64,000 nucleotides of DNA from Spirochaetia bacterium. Its GTDB lineage: Bacteria; Spirochaetota; Spirochaetia; SP-2023. Below, piece after piece: positions 1 to 8,684 of the stretch; the first letter of the stretch is position 1; each line of letters starts with the position of its first letter. The stretch lies in NCBI GenBank assembly GCA_965225855.1, contig CBDDCK010000005.1, positions 1,504,001-1,568,000 of the forward strand. The letters run 5' to 3'. The notes below the pieces were generated by a model, which did no database searches, had not been told where the DNA came from, and saw only the letters and a list, made by a program, of their open reading frames with translations. The translations under genes were made by a program, and so were the position numbers.

Positions 1-180
1 TTCCACGCTTTCATTTAAACTGGCAACTCGTTTGGACAACTCATTGACAATGTCTTCTGTGAATGGCTTATCTGCCCAATACTCTAGTTTTTTGCCTTCC
101 GCTTTATTTTCTACGGTTTCTTTTGCACATCCCAAAACTAGAATGAGAAAAGATAATGTGGTGAACCATAACTTGTTCAT
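1..180 (-). CDS. N-terminal part of a lipoprotein, probably a sugar ABC transporter substrate-binding protein (runs off the window edge)
   Basis: Translated by hand: MNKLWFTTLSFLILVLGCAKETVENKAEGKKLEYWADKPF..., with a VLGC lipobox and an AAGGAG RBS upstream. It lies directly downstream of a glycoside hydrolase gene. Confidence 0.6.
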   Translation of the reverse strand, partial: MNKLWFTTLSFLILVLGCAKETVENKAEGKKLEYWADKPFTEDIVNELSKRVASLNESVE

Positions 181-228
181 TGCTTTACTCCTTATAAATA
201 GCCATTATGATTTGATTTACAAAATAGC

Positions 229-2646
229 TTAAATTCTTATTGAAAATAAATTAATATTTTGTTCACGACACTTACGGAATAATGATTTGACATCACTATC
301 TTCATATACAAAGACTGAATAATCAAACTCGTAAAACCCGCCTAGGTCTACTTTAAAATTGGTTTCCCAAAAGTTATTCATAATCCATGAATAACTTGTA
401 CTGGTATTAAATTTTATATCCTTGCCACTACATAACTGTATAGGTGATGCTTCAAGTTGGTCAAATACGACAAGCGGTGCATCTTTAATAGTTATAACCA
501 TGGATCGTGTTTGACCTACTAAACAAATGCCATTTTGCAATAAATAAAATTCTTTATTGCTTCCTGGAAGTTGGTCAATACCAGGCCTTATAATACAACC
601 AGATTTATCGATGTATTTCACTTCTTCTTCACCGGTAGTAAAAGGCAGACTAACATAAAGATTTTCTGGAGCCACTTCAGAAGCTTTGTGTATGCGAATA
701 GTGCAGTCTATTCTGGGTATATCCTCATAGACTTTCATAATGATACTATATAGTTTAGTTCCCTCTAGCTCGTAATTTAATTGTATCGTGTTGTATATAT
801 CACCTATATCTAAGACATCGAAAGACAATAACTTTGCACTGTAGCGTAAAGTAGAGGAGCTTTTTCGGTTGCGTCCCATGTTTCGGCGAACTGTACAAAC
901 ATCACTAGTAATAGGTGTAAATTCATAAATTCCAGTAAACGCTTTGTACTCTGACAAGGGCCTTATTAAATCAATACAATCTTTTTTATAAATAATAGAA
1001 CGAATCCCCGAACTGTTGTCCAGTTCAATTCTAAATTGCTTTGTCTCTAGTGCATTGCGCTCTTTAGAATTTGCAATGTCTTCTACCCCATCAGCTCCTA
1101 TATAAGCATGATTTTTCACGGTATTAATCTGGTGTAATTCCTTGGTTCTCAAAAATACTTTTTGGGTTTCTTTAGCTTGCAATTTTGTGTAAATATAAAT
1201 TTCAAAACCAGCAGTAATTCTTTTTATTTGGCTATTTATAACACAATTTGTATCACAATCTACAACTTCAAAATGCTCTCTTGGAATCTGAACCGCTTTT
1301 CTATCGCCAATACGATCATGAGTATATAACAGCAGTTTCACGCAGCCTTCTACAGTATGTTCAAAAGGATTGATTAAAAGATACTCTTTATTCCCATTGG
1401 CCGATATGGATTTTTCCCCATAATGTTCTAATACATTAATTAACAACTCTGATAAAATTTTATTAGAGTTAATTGCATACAAAGATTTTTTTAATTCAAG
1501 TTCATTTACTTTTGAATCCCAAGGCTCTAGGACAGAAGAACTATAACCCCAGGTATGTTCTGCATACATCATCATATCCTGCTTAGCTAAGTCCAATAAT
1601 TGCTCATTCTCAATCTTATCTTTTTCTGATAGTAAGCTAATAAGCTCCAATTTTCTCTCTGAATCCTTATATAACTTTACAATTCCGGGTGTAGAACCAA
1701 CTCCATCTGCCCACCAATCATTCCAGTCTCCTTTATGTGTTACAATCTTTCCTACTTTTGACTTTGCGATTGCAAAAAACTCATCTAGTGTAACCATTTG
1801 AATCACTAATTGATTTCCCACATTTGTCATAATTTCAGAACATCTATCTACAATTCCCCGATTGGGATAGGAGTTATCCGTGATGCCACCCGATACCATA
1901 ACAGGAACAAAATCAAAACTATAATTTTCTCTATCTAAATTATTTAGATACCTAGTGATTCGCGTACTTGCTATTTGCACCGGATCAAAAGCTGTGGGAT
2001 AATCTGAAAATTCATCGTGAATTGTATAAGAAGTTTCCCCATAAGGAGATAAACACAGTTCGTTCCCCAAATGATAATGATCAGAAATCCATGTAAAAAG
2101 TGTTTTTCCACTGGGAGCTTCCCATAGGATAGGTTGCTGCTTCTTATATATTGGAAACATACCATGATGGGTATGAATACAACTTATTAAATTTTGCACT
2201 CCTGCATCTATTAATTGATCCGCAAATCCCCAGCTATAACCATTAATATCAGCCGTCATCGCACTACTAATATTGACTCCTAAGGTTTGAGAATATTTTT
2301 TTACTTTTGCAAGCATAGATCGAACCACACTATCACTAGCCAGCTCTGTCATATTTAAATAATTACCAGAGAGACCTATATCCCCTTTTTTAACATAAGA
2401 CTCAAACTTTTGTTTTTGCTCTTCGGTTGCCTTCGCATAGAAATTTTGTACCTGCCAGTAATTTTCACATTGCCATTTAAACCCTATGTTGTCCTTATAT
2501 GTATCATAAATATTATCAAGTATATCTATTACTTGAAGAATAAAGTCCACATGATATTTGATAATTTTTTCTTGAGGGTCTGTGTAACCTATATCAGTAT
2601 GAGAGTGATGAATAAGGTATATATGCCATTTTCTTGCAAGCTTCAT
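229..2646 (-). CDS. Glycoside hydrolase family 38-like (alpha-mannosidase-type) protein
   Basis: 805 aa ORF with N-terminal HHSHTDIGY metal-binding motif, ADINGYSW nucleophile region, EHTWG and MNNFWETNF motifs. Confidence 0.8.
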   Translation of the reverse strand: MKLARKWHIYLIHHSHTDIGYTDPQEKIIKYHVDFILQVIDILDNIYDTYKDNIGFKWQCENYWQVQNFYAKATEEQKQKFESYVKKGDIGLSGNYLNMTELASDSVVRSMLAKVKKYSQTLGVNISSAMTADINGYSWGFADQLIDAGVQNLISCIHTHHGMFPIYKKQQPILWEAPSGKTLFTWISDHYHLGNELCLSPYGETSYTIHDEFSDYPTAFDPVQIASTRITRYLNNLDRENYSFDFVPVMVSGGITDNSYPNRGIVDRCSEIMTNVGNQLVIQMVTLDEFFAIAKSKVGKIVTHKGDWNDWWADGVGSTPGIVKLYKDSERKLELISLLSEKDKIENEQLLDLAKQDMMMYAEHTWGYSSSVLEPWDSKVNELELKKSLYAINSNKILSELLINVLEHYGEKSISANGNKEYLLINPFEHTVEGCVKLLLYTHDRIGDRKAVQIPREHFEVVDCDTNCVINSQIKRITAGFEIYIYTKLQAKETQKVFLRTKELHQINTVKNHAYIGADGVEDIANSKERNALETKQFRIELDNSSGIRSIIYKKDCIDLIRPLSEYKAFTGIYEFTPITSDVCTVRRNMGRNRKSSSTLRYSAKLLSFDVLDIGDIYNTIQLNYELEGTKLYSIIMKVYEDIPRIDCTIRIHKASEVAPENLYVSLPFTTGEEEVKYIDKSGCIIRPGIDQLPGSNKEFYLLQNGICLVGQTRSMVITIKDAPLVVFDQLEASPIQLCSGKDIKFNTSTSYSWIMNNFWETNFKVDLGGFYEFDYSVFVYEDSDVKSLFRKCREQNINLFSIRI

Positions 2647-2845
2647 AGAAATCCTTTGCGCACTCCTTCACTTAATTTTTTACTTTGTTATTTTATTCTC
2701 GCACAAAAATATCAAACTGTCAACAATAAATATCAAATAAATACCAATAGTAATAATAATGATACATTAAAACGTATTAAGTTGAAATATATCTACAATA
2801 AAATAATTATGCATAGATACTTGAATAAAAAGTAGAGTATGATTA

Positions 2846-3637
2846 TTGTATCAATACATGTCAGTTTCTAAAAAAAACACGGATTACCTCGATAACCAAA
2901 TTATTAGTTATCTCAAAGTTCACAAACAAATACGTACAGCCGAAGCTCTTAAAATTTTTCCCGCTTCGCGTATGACTTTATATCGAGCTTTCAAGCGCTT
3001 GGAAACAAAAGGGTATTTAGAGCCCGAACACGGCAAAGTTTACTTAAACCCAGCCATAGAAATTGAGCCAGACTTTGTGAGCAAAACGATTATCAACATA
3101 AAACTAAAAGATAAAATTGCACGATGGGCTGTGGAAGAATTTGTTTCTGAAGGTACCATCGTTGCTTTAGAGTCCGGCACTACAGTAGCTAGTTGTATTT
3201 CATATCTAAAAAGCAAACGGCCAGGAAGCTTACTTAGTAATGGTATTAATGTAGTGCAACTTGCTGCTGCTGAAAGTTTGCCTGATACTGATATTTATTG
3301 TTCTGGCGGCAAACTGCGCCGGCAATCTATGAGCTTTATCGGCTCTGAAGCCCAGCGCTTTTTCTCTGTCCATCACGCTGATATTGCCTTTGTCGGAGCT
3401 TCTGCAATTGATCCCAAACTGGGAATTATGGATACAGAAATTGAGATAAAAAGACAAATTTGCGACAATGCATCTCGTTCTATCTTACTTGCAGATAGTT
3501 CTAAATTTGGCAAACGCTCTTTATTGCGCTTTGGAGATTTAAGCTCTGTTGATACAATTGTTACAGATTCGCAAATCAATCCTGAGGTGGCCACCCAAAT
3601 CCAACAAATGAATGGCGTTAAATTTTTTATTGTGTAG
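2846..3637 (+). CDS. DeoR/GlpR family transcriptional regulator (ATG start probably 2858)
   Basis: N-terminal HTH (SRMTLYRAFKRLE) plus LESGTT and LLADSSKFG motifs. Divergent from the GH38 operon. Confidence 0.9.
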   Translation: MYQYMSVSKKNTDYLDNQIISYLKVHKQIRTAEALKIFPASRMTLYRAFKRLETKGYLEPEHGKVYLNPAIEIEPDFVSKTIINIKLKDKIARWAVEEFVSEGTIVALESGTTVASCISYLKSKRPGSLLSNGINVVQLAAAESLPDTDIYCSGGKLRRQSMSFIGSEAQRFFSVHHADIAFVGASAIDPKLGIMDTEIEIKRQICDNASRSILLADSSKFGKRSLLRFGDLSSVDTIVTDSQINPEVATQIQQMNGVKFFIV

Positions 3638-4253
3638 AAAATAAAACAAATTTCTTTTGTGCATTGCCAAAGGGCCTGGGCAAGATTAGATAGGATTTTG
3701 ACGCAAAATTGAAGCAGGACGCGGCATAAATTTGTATCTTTGAAACAATCACTTATGGAAATTTGTCCTTTGGTGCCCGAATTGGCTCAAGTTGTGGTAC
3801 AGTTTTCGTAACGAAGGTAGAGATTTGACTCAATGAGTCGCCCAATGAGCTATGCCATCATTTTTTACTGCTACTGTAGTTTGGGCTATTTATGAACGAA
3901 ACTCGGGGCACGGAATATTGAATCAAGTGATATTGGCTAGCATTGTTTTAATCCATTATCTAAGAAATCATTGAACAAAAAAGCAAATTCCAAGTGGATT
4001 CACCTGAAAAATTTACTTGGTAAAACCTGCAAGTAATTTCAAATGGAACTCCGCTTTATGATACGGAACATGATAACTGAACGGGATAAGACGCGATAAC
4101 TCGGGATTTTTTTGGGCACAAATGGAAGGTAAAAATTGGCTTACTTTCCAAAATAAAAAGGTAAAAAATTTTTGTTTTTCGGCATATGGGCCATTGTCGG
4201 CAGTAATTGGGCAACAATATGCTTTCAAAATATCATGGTAACGGGCCGTAGTC

Positions 4254-4322
4254 TCAAAAAGCTAGTAAGGTTTTCAAAAAAGCTAGTAAGGTTTTGACTG
4301 AAAACCTTACTAGCTTTTTTGA
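4254..4322. repeat. 22-bp-arm inverted repeat with a tandem extra copy of the left arm
   Basis: TCAAAAAAGCTAGTAAGGTTTT-GACTG-AAAACCTTACTAGCTTTTTTGA (4274-4322), preceded by TCAAAAAGCTAGTAAGGTTTT (4254-4274). Confidence 0.9.
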
Positions 4323-4621
4323 TTGGCAACCTAGGGATTTTCCAACGAGACTGTGGCAGTCTCTAAAAAAATCGCAAAAAATTGTATTGTATTATTTTGC
4401 TAAAAACTGGGCTGTACTGCGATACAAAAAACTCAAATTCTTATTCTTATACTTTGTGCCATGATGTTTCGTACGATCATACGAAACGCAACAGCTCTTC
4501 TATACTTTAAACCATCACTATTAAGCAAACAGCCACAGGGAATTATTCCCGTGGCTGTTTTGCCTACAACACTAAAACATAAAAAAAGCACAAAAAAACT
4601 TACAAAAAGCTTGTATGGGCC

Positions 4622-4649
4622 TTGACGCAACACCCCCCCCTCACAAAAT
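4622..4649 (+). promoter_or_regulatory. Candidate sigma70 promoter with a poly-C tract (C8) in the spacer
   Basis: TTGACG, 16 nt including C8, then CAAAAT. The arrangement is conserved upstream of all three lipoprotein paralogues. Confidence 0.5.
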
Positions 4650-4713
4650 AGGGCACTATACAATAGCCCGTATGGGTTTTGTCAATCTCAAGCCATTTTT
4701 GGAGGTATTGCTT

Positions 4714-6501
4714 ATGTATAAGCTCAAACTATTTTTATTGCCTGTAGCATTGCTACTGGCCTTTATGGCCTTTGCCTGCGCCCCACCCGATGACGATGAT
4801 CGATCTTCTGGGCCGACTATCAATAACGCCATCTACGATGTTGGCACGGCTATCTTAACCGTACAAGGTACTGACTTAAGTCCTACAACTGCGACCCAAG
4901 CGCAAATCCAAACTATCAGGGTAGGAAGCCGAACAAATGGTGTAGCTTTCAGTTCCTATACTGCAGATGACGATGCCACTGGGGTAAATAGTAACGGTCT
5001 TGAAAAAGGTAAGTACCGTATTAAAAGCGATGGCACAGCGCTTTGGCTTAGACTTACCAATCAACATAAAGCTGTTCTTGAGGCCAAGACAGGTATGGAT
5101 AGCGATAGTCTAAAAAAAGGGTTGCTTAGCGTTAGCTCGGGTGCTTGGGCGGGTTTAGATACAGCCAAAGACTTAACCGTTAATATACTCGGTAAGCCAT
5201 CTAAGCAAACCGAAGCCGAACAAGACGAACAAGCCGAAGAAGAGTCGCGTAAGCAAACTGAAGACGAACAAGCTGAACAAGTCGAACAAGCTGAACAAGT
5301 CGAAGAGCAGTCGCGTAAGCAAACTGAAGACGAACAAGCTGAACAAGTCGAACAAGTCGAAGAAGAGTCGCCTAAGCAACCTAAAGCCGAAGAGCAGTCG
5401 CCTAAAGCCGCAATTACCCGTGCAAGCTACCATGTTGGCACGGCGCTGCTAACTTTACAAGGTACTCACTTAGGTAGTGCGACCCAAGCCCAAATCCAAA
5501 CCATCAAAGTATATGGCGTAGTCTTAAGTTCCTATACTGCAGATGACCCAGCCACTGGGCCAGATAGTCGCAGTCTTGCAAAAGGTAAGTACCGTATGAA
5601 AAGCGATGGCACAGCGCTTTGGCTTAGACTTACCGATGCCGATAAAGCTACTCTGAATGACAAGAAAGGTATGGATACCAATGGTCTAAAAGATGGGTTG
5701 CTTAGCGTTGGCTCTGGTGCTTGGGCGGGTTTAAATACAGCCAAACCCTTAACCGTTAGTGGACACCCTGCAATTACCAGTGCAACGTTTAATGCTGTTA
5801 CAGGCTGGTTAGTGATTACAGGTACTAATTTACCGTCAACAGTGGATGGCTGGGACTTTAGCAAATTGAGGTTTGTCTCAGGTATTGGTATTGAGAGTCA
5901 ACCATTAAAAAAGCACTCAACTACAGGTGCAGACAGAGCCACAGGTTCTGCAGCAAGTGGCACATTCTTAGTGATTATTTTAGAGGGTGAAGCAAGAATA
6001 AAAGCCTCTAATGCATTGACGCAGAATGGTCTTGGTGATGATCATGGTGCATACAACCTGAAAGCAGCAGCAGGATTTGCAGGTGGTAGCGCAGCAGACA
6101 CAAGCAATAACCCGATTACCGTTAGTGGCTACAAAAGCTCTATCAGCACCGTATACTACTATCGTAATAAAGGCAGGTTATTGATTTACGGTAACAAGTT
6201 ACCGAAAACATTTACAGAGTGGGACTTTAGCAAATTGACGCTTGTATCCGGTGATGGTAGTAAGAGATACCCATTACCCCAGCACGCAATAGGTGAAAAC
6301 ACAGCCACAGGTTCTGCAGCAAGTACAACAAGAGTAACTATTACTTTAAGCGGTAGTGTAAAAGCGGAAGCCGAGAAGATACTGGTTAACGATGGTAAAA
6401 GTGATAATAATGGTGCATACAACCTGGAAGCAGCAGCAGGATTTGTAACGGGTAATCCAGAAGACTTAACAAATCAGATTGTGGTTAGTGCTAGTAAGTA
6501 G
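4714..6501 (+). CDS. Modular surface lipoprotein, paralogue 1 (A - Q/E-rich linker - A - B - B)
   Basis: GGAGG RBS precedes ATG 4714. Signal peptide MYKLKLFLLPVALLLAFMAFA-C, internal repeated modules, and close paralogues at 48673 and 60826. Confidence 0.85.
   Translation: MYKLKLFLLPVALLLAFMAFACAPPDDDDRSSGPTINNAIYDVGTAILTVQGTDLSPTTATQAQIQTIRVGSRTNGVAFSSYTADDDATGVNSNGLEKGKYRIKSDGTALWLRLTNQHKAVLEAKTGMDSDSLKKGLLSVSSGAWAGLDTAKDLTVNILGKPSKQTEAEQDEQAEEESRKQTEDEQAEQVEQAEQVEEQSRKQTEDEQAEQVEQVEEESPKQPKAEEQSPKAAITRASYHVGTALLTLQGTHLGSATQAQIQTIKVYGVVLSSYTADDPATGPDSRSLAKGKYRMKSDGTALWLRLTDADKATLNDKKGMDTNGLKDGLLSVGSGAWAGLNTAKPLTVSGHPAITSATFNAVTGWLVITGTNLPSTVDGWDFSKLRFVSGIGIESQPLKKHSTTGADRATGSAASGTFLVIILEGEARIKASNALTQNGLGDDHGAYNLKAAAGFAGGSAADTSNNPITVSGYKSSISTVYYYRNKGRLLIYGNKLPKTFTEWDFSKLTLVSGDGSKRYPLPQHAIGENTATGSAASTTRVTITLSGSVKAEAEKILVNDGKSDNNGAYNLEAAAGFVTGNPEDLTNQIVVSASK
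5195..5405 (+). repeat. Intragenic imperfect tandem repeats encoding a Gln/Glu-rich linker
   Basis: Repeated SRKQTEDEQAEQVEQ units and 9-nt GAACAAGCT/GAACAAGTC sub-units. Confidence 0.85.
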
Positions 6502-6700
6502 GGTTTTGTTGTTGCAACGCTTGCATTGGCCAATTGCAGCCTTGATAAATTTTTTATCAAGGCTGCTTTTATCAATTATAGCCTTGGTATAAAGTATTGT
6601 TCCGCATTGGTGCAATACATCTTTCCGCCTTGGATCAAGGCCTTGATCCAAGGCGGAAAGCTATATCATAGCAAGGCACTAAAAAATTTATTAAGTCTAC
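6495..6700. repeat. Palindrome-rich 3' element shared by the lipoprotein cassettes, including a perfect 40-bp palindrome
   Basis: CTTTCCGCCTTGGATCAAGG|CCTTGATCCAAGGCGGAAAG at 6621-6660 is identical at 48511-48550. AGCCTTG/CAAGGCT cores recur, and there is a partial second copy at ~6886-6930. Confidence 0.9.
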
Positions 6701-7085
6701 AAACTTTTTTAGTAATAGCTTTGAACAAACCCCTTACAATAATTATTACCAGAACGTTGCCATAACAATTAAGAGAGTCTCTTAATGCCTAACAAGAGAA
6801 TTTCTTAATAACTAACAAGAATTTTTTGTAACAAGATAAACTTTGGCCAAGCCTTGCTTGCCTTTTGGGTGGGCTATTAGACTGTGTTTGGTTGTTGCAA
6901 GGCTTGCATTGTCCAATTACAGCCTTGGAAAGTAGAAGAGTCGAGTTATCACGCCTAAGCTGCAGTTTGGGTATGTAGAGGGAAGGAAGCTGGGGTTTAA
7001 TCATTTCAATTAAGATTTCAATAAAATGTGATTTTCGGTATAATAGGCAAAAAGCTCTCTTTGTAATTTTGTAATAAGGATTCAA

Positions 7086-8675
7086 ATGCTTGACGATCGA
7101 ATAGTGCGCGTTCGCTATGCGCCCTCTCCTACAGGTTTACAACATATTGGCAGTGTCCGTACGGCTCTGTTTAATTACCTTTTTGCTCGTAGCAGTGGGG
7201 GGCGTTTTATTCTTCGCATTGAAGATACAGATAATATCCGCTCGGAAGAACGCTACATTCAAGATTTATATCAGTCTTTAGAATGGCTGGGCATTCAACC
7301 CGATGAAGGGCCTATAGAAGCTGGTTTTAAAGGAGGGGATTTTGGTCCCTACATGCAATCCCAACGCATAGAGCTTTATCAAAAATATGCCCGCCAATTG
7401 CTGGACGAAGGGAAAGCTTATTACTGTTTTTGCAGTTCTCAACGCTTAGAGCAATTGCGAGAGCAACAGCAACAAACAAAATCCTCATGGCAAGGTTATG
7501 ATCGCCATTGTCGCAATCTCGATCCTGCAGAAGCTACAGCGCGTTTTAATCAAGGGCAACCTTGCGTGCTTCGCTTTGCTATACCTCTTGAGCTTACGGC
7601 TAGGGGAGCTGCACCTGTAACGGTGTTTACTGATTTATCATTGGGGCAAATCGAACGGGCCAATAGCGATATAAATATCGACCCAATAATCCTTAAAGCA
7701 GATGGTTTCCCCACCTATCATTTCGCCAATGTAATTGATGATCATTTAATGCAAATTAGCCATGTATTGAGAGCACAAGAATGGCTATCCTCTAGTCCAC
7801 TGCATATTTTGCTATATCAGGCTTTTGGCTGGGAACCGCCTAAATTTTGCCATTTACCTATGGTTATGGGCAACAATGGTGCTAAACTTTCTAAACGGCA
7901 CGGCTCAACTTCTTTAATAGAATTTCGTAAGGCTGGCTATTTGAGCCATGCTATTATCAATTATGTAGCACTGCTGGGTTGGGCTTTTGACGATAGCCGA
8001 GAGTTTTTTAACTTAGCTGAATTGGAACAATGTTTTGATTTGTCTAAGTTAAGCCGTTCACCGGCTACATTTGACTACCAAAAGTTGGAGTGGTTTAACG
8101 GCCAGTATATCCGTAAATTAGAAGTCCACAAACTGCAGCAACTGCTACACAAGCAAAATATTTGGGCAGGGACTTCCTTTACCAAACCCCAGAATTTTGA
8201 ACAAAGCTTGGAATGGATATTGCCTCTGTTACAAGAGCGACTAAAGTTTCTTAACGATGCACCTAATTTGGCAGCATACTTTTTCAGTCAGCCAGAATAC
8301 TTTAAACCTATACTTGCGGTGCCTAAAAAACACAATATAGAAGAGACTTTAGCACTTTTGCAAAAAGGCCGTATAGTGTTGCAGCAGCTTTGTGCCCAAA
8401 ATGGCAGTAAAGACTGGCATAACTTTGCAAGTTTGCTAAAAGTCAAACAAAATTGGGAGGCTGCTTTTCGTGCAGCAGCGGCCGATGCGAAATTAAAGAT
8501 GGGGCCTTTGATGCAACCCATACGCTATGCTATCACCGGTAATATAGCAGCACCACCGCTACTAGAATCCATGCTAATTATAGAACGATTGGCGGGCGCT
8601 GAGGAATTATTTACTCGGCTTGATACCTTAGCCCAGTTGTTGAGCAATTTGCAAAGTCAATTAGATAAAGATTAG
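7086..8675 (+). CDS. gltX: Glutamate--tRNA ligase
   Basis: RYAPSPTGLQHIG (HIGH-like), LRIEDTD, PTYHFANVIDD and KLSKR motifs. Confidence 0.97.
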   Translation: MLDDRIVRVRYAPSPTGLQHIGSVRTALFNYLFARSSGGRFILRIEDTDNIRSEERYIQDLYQSLEWLGIQPDEGPIEAGFKGGDFGPYMQSQRIELYQKYARQLLDEGKAYYCFCSSQRLEQLREQQQQTKSSWQGYDRHCRNLDPAEATARFNQGQPCVLRFAIPLELTARGAAPVTVFTDLSLGQIERANSDINIDPIILKADGFPTYHFANVIDDHLMQISHVLRAQEWLSSSPLHILLYQAFGWEPPKFCHLPMVMGNNGAKLSKRHGSTSLIEFRKAGYLSHAIINYVALLGWAFDDSREFFNLAELEQCFDLSKLSRSPATFDYQKLEWFNGQYIRKLEVHKLQQLLHKQNIWAGTSFTKPQNFEQSLEWILPLLQERLKFLNDAPNLAAYFFSQPEYFKPILAVPKKHNIEETLALLQKGRIVLQQLCAQNGSKDWHNFASLLKVKQNWEAAFRAAAADAKLKMGPLMQPIRYAITGNIAAPPLLESMLIIERLAGAEELFTRLDTLAQLLSNLQSQLDKD

Positions 8676-8684
8676 CAAAGCCCT

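Larger units (their letters stand above)
4068..6954 (+). mobile_element. Putative non-autonomous cassette 1 carrying a surface lipoprotein gene, bounded by inverted motifs
   Basis: Left end has ACATGATAACTG (4068-4079) and ACGCGATAACTCG (4091-4103). Right end has CGAGTTATCACGC (6942-6954). Flanking homology to the cassette at 48401-52056 stops at these motifs. No transposase and no target-site duplication seen. Confidence 0.45.

Noticed and set aside
4013..4228. Short ORFs in the shared leader (also 51599-51880 and 51713-51985) as a transposase or accessory gene
   Set aside because: Reading frames are not preserved between the two copies because of indels, and no recognisable motif is present.
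4615..4713. Longer N-termini of the lipoprotein ORFs given in the ORF track (4615, 50985, 60790)
   Set aside because: A GGAGG RBS precedes the MYKLKL ATG in all three, and the signal peptide starts there.
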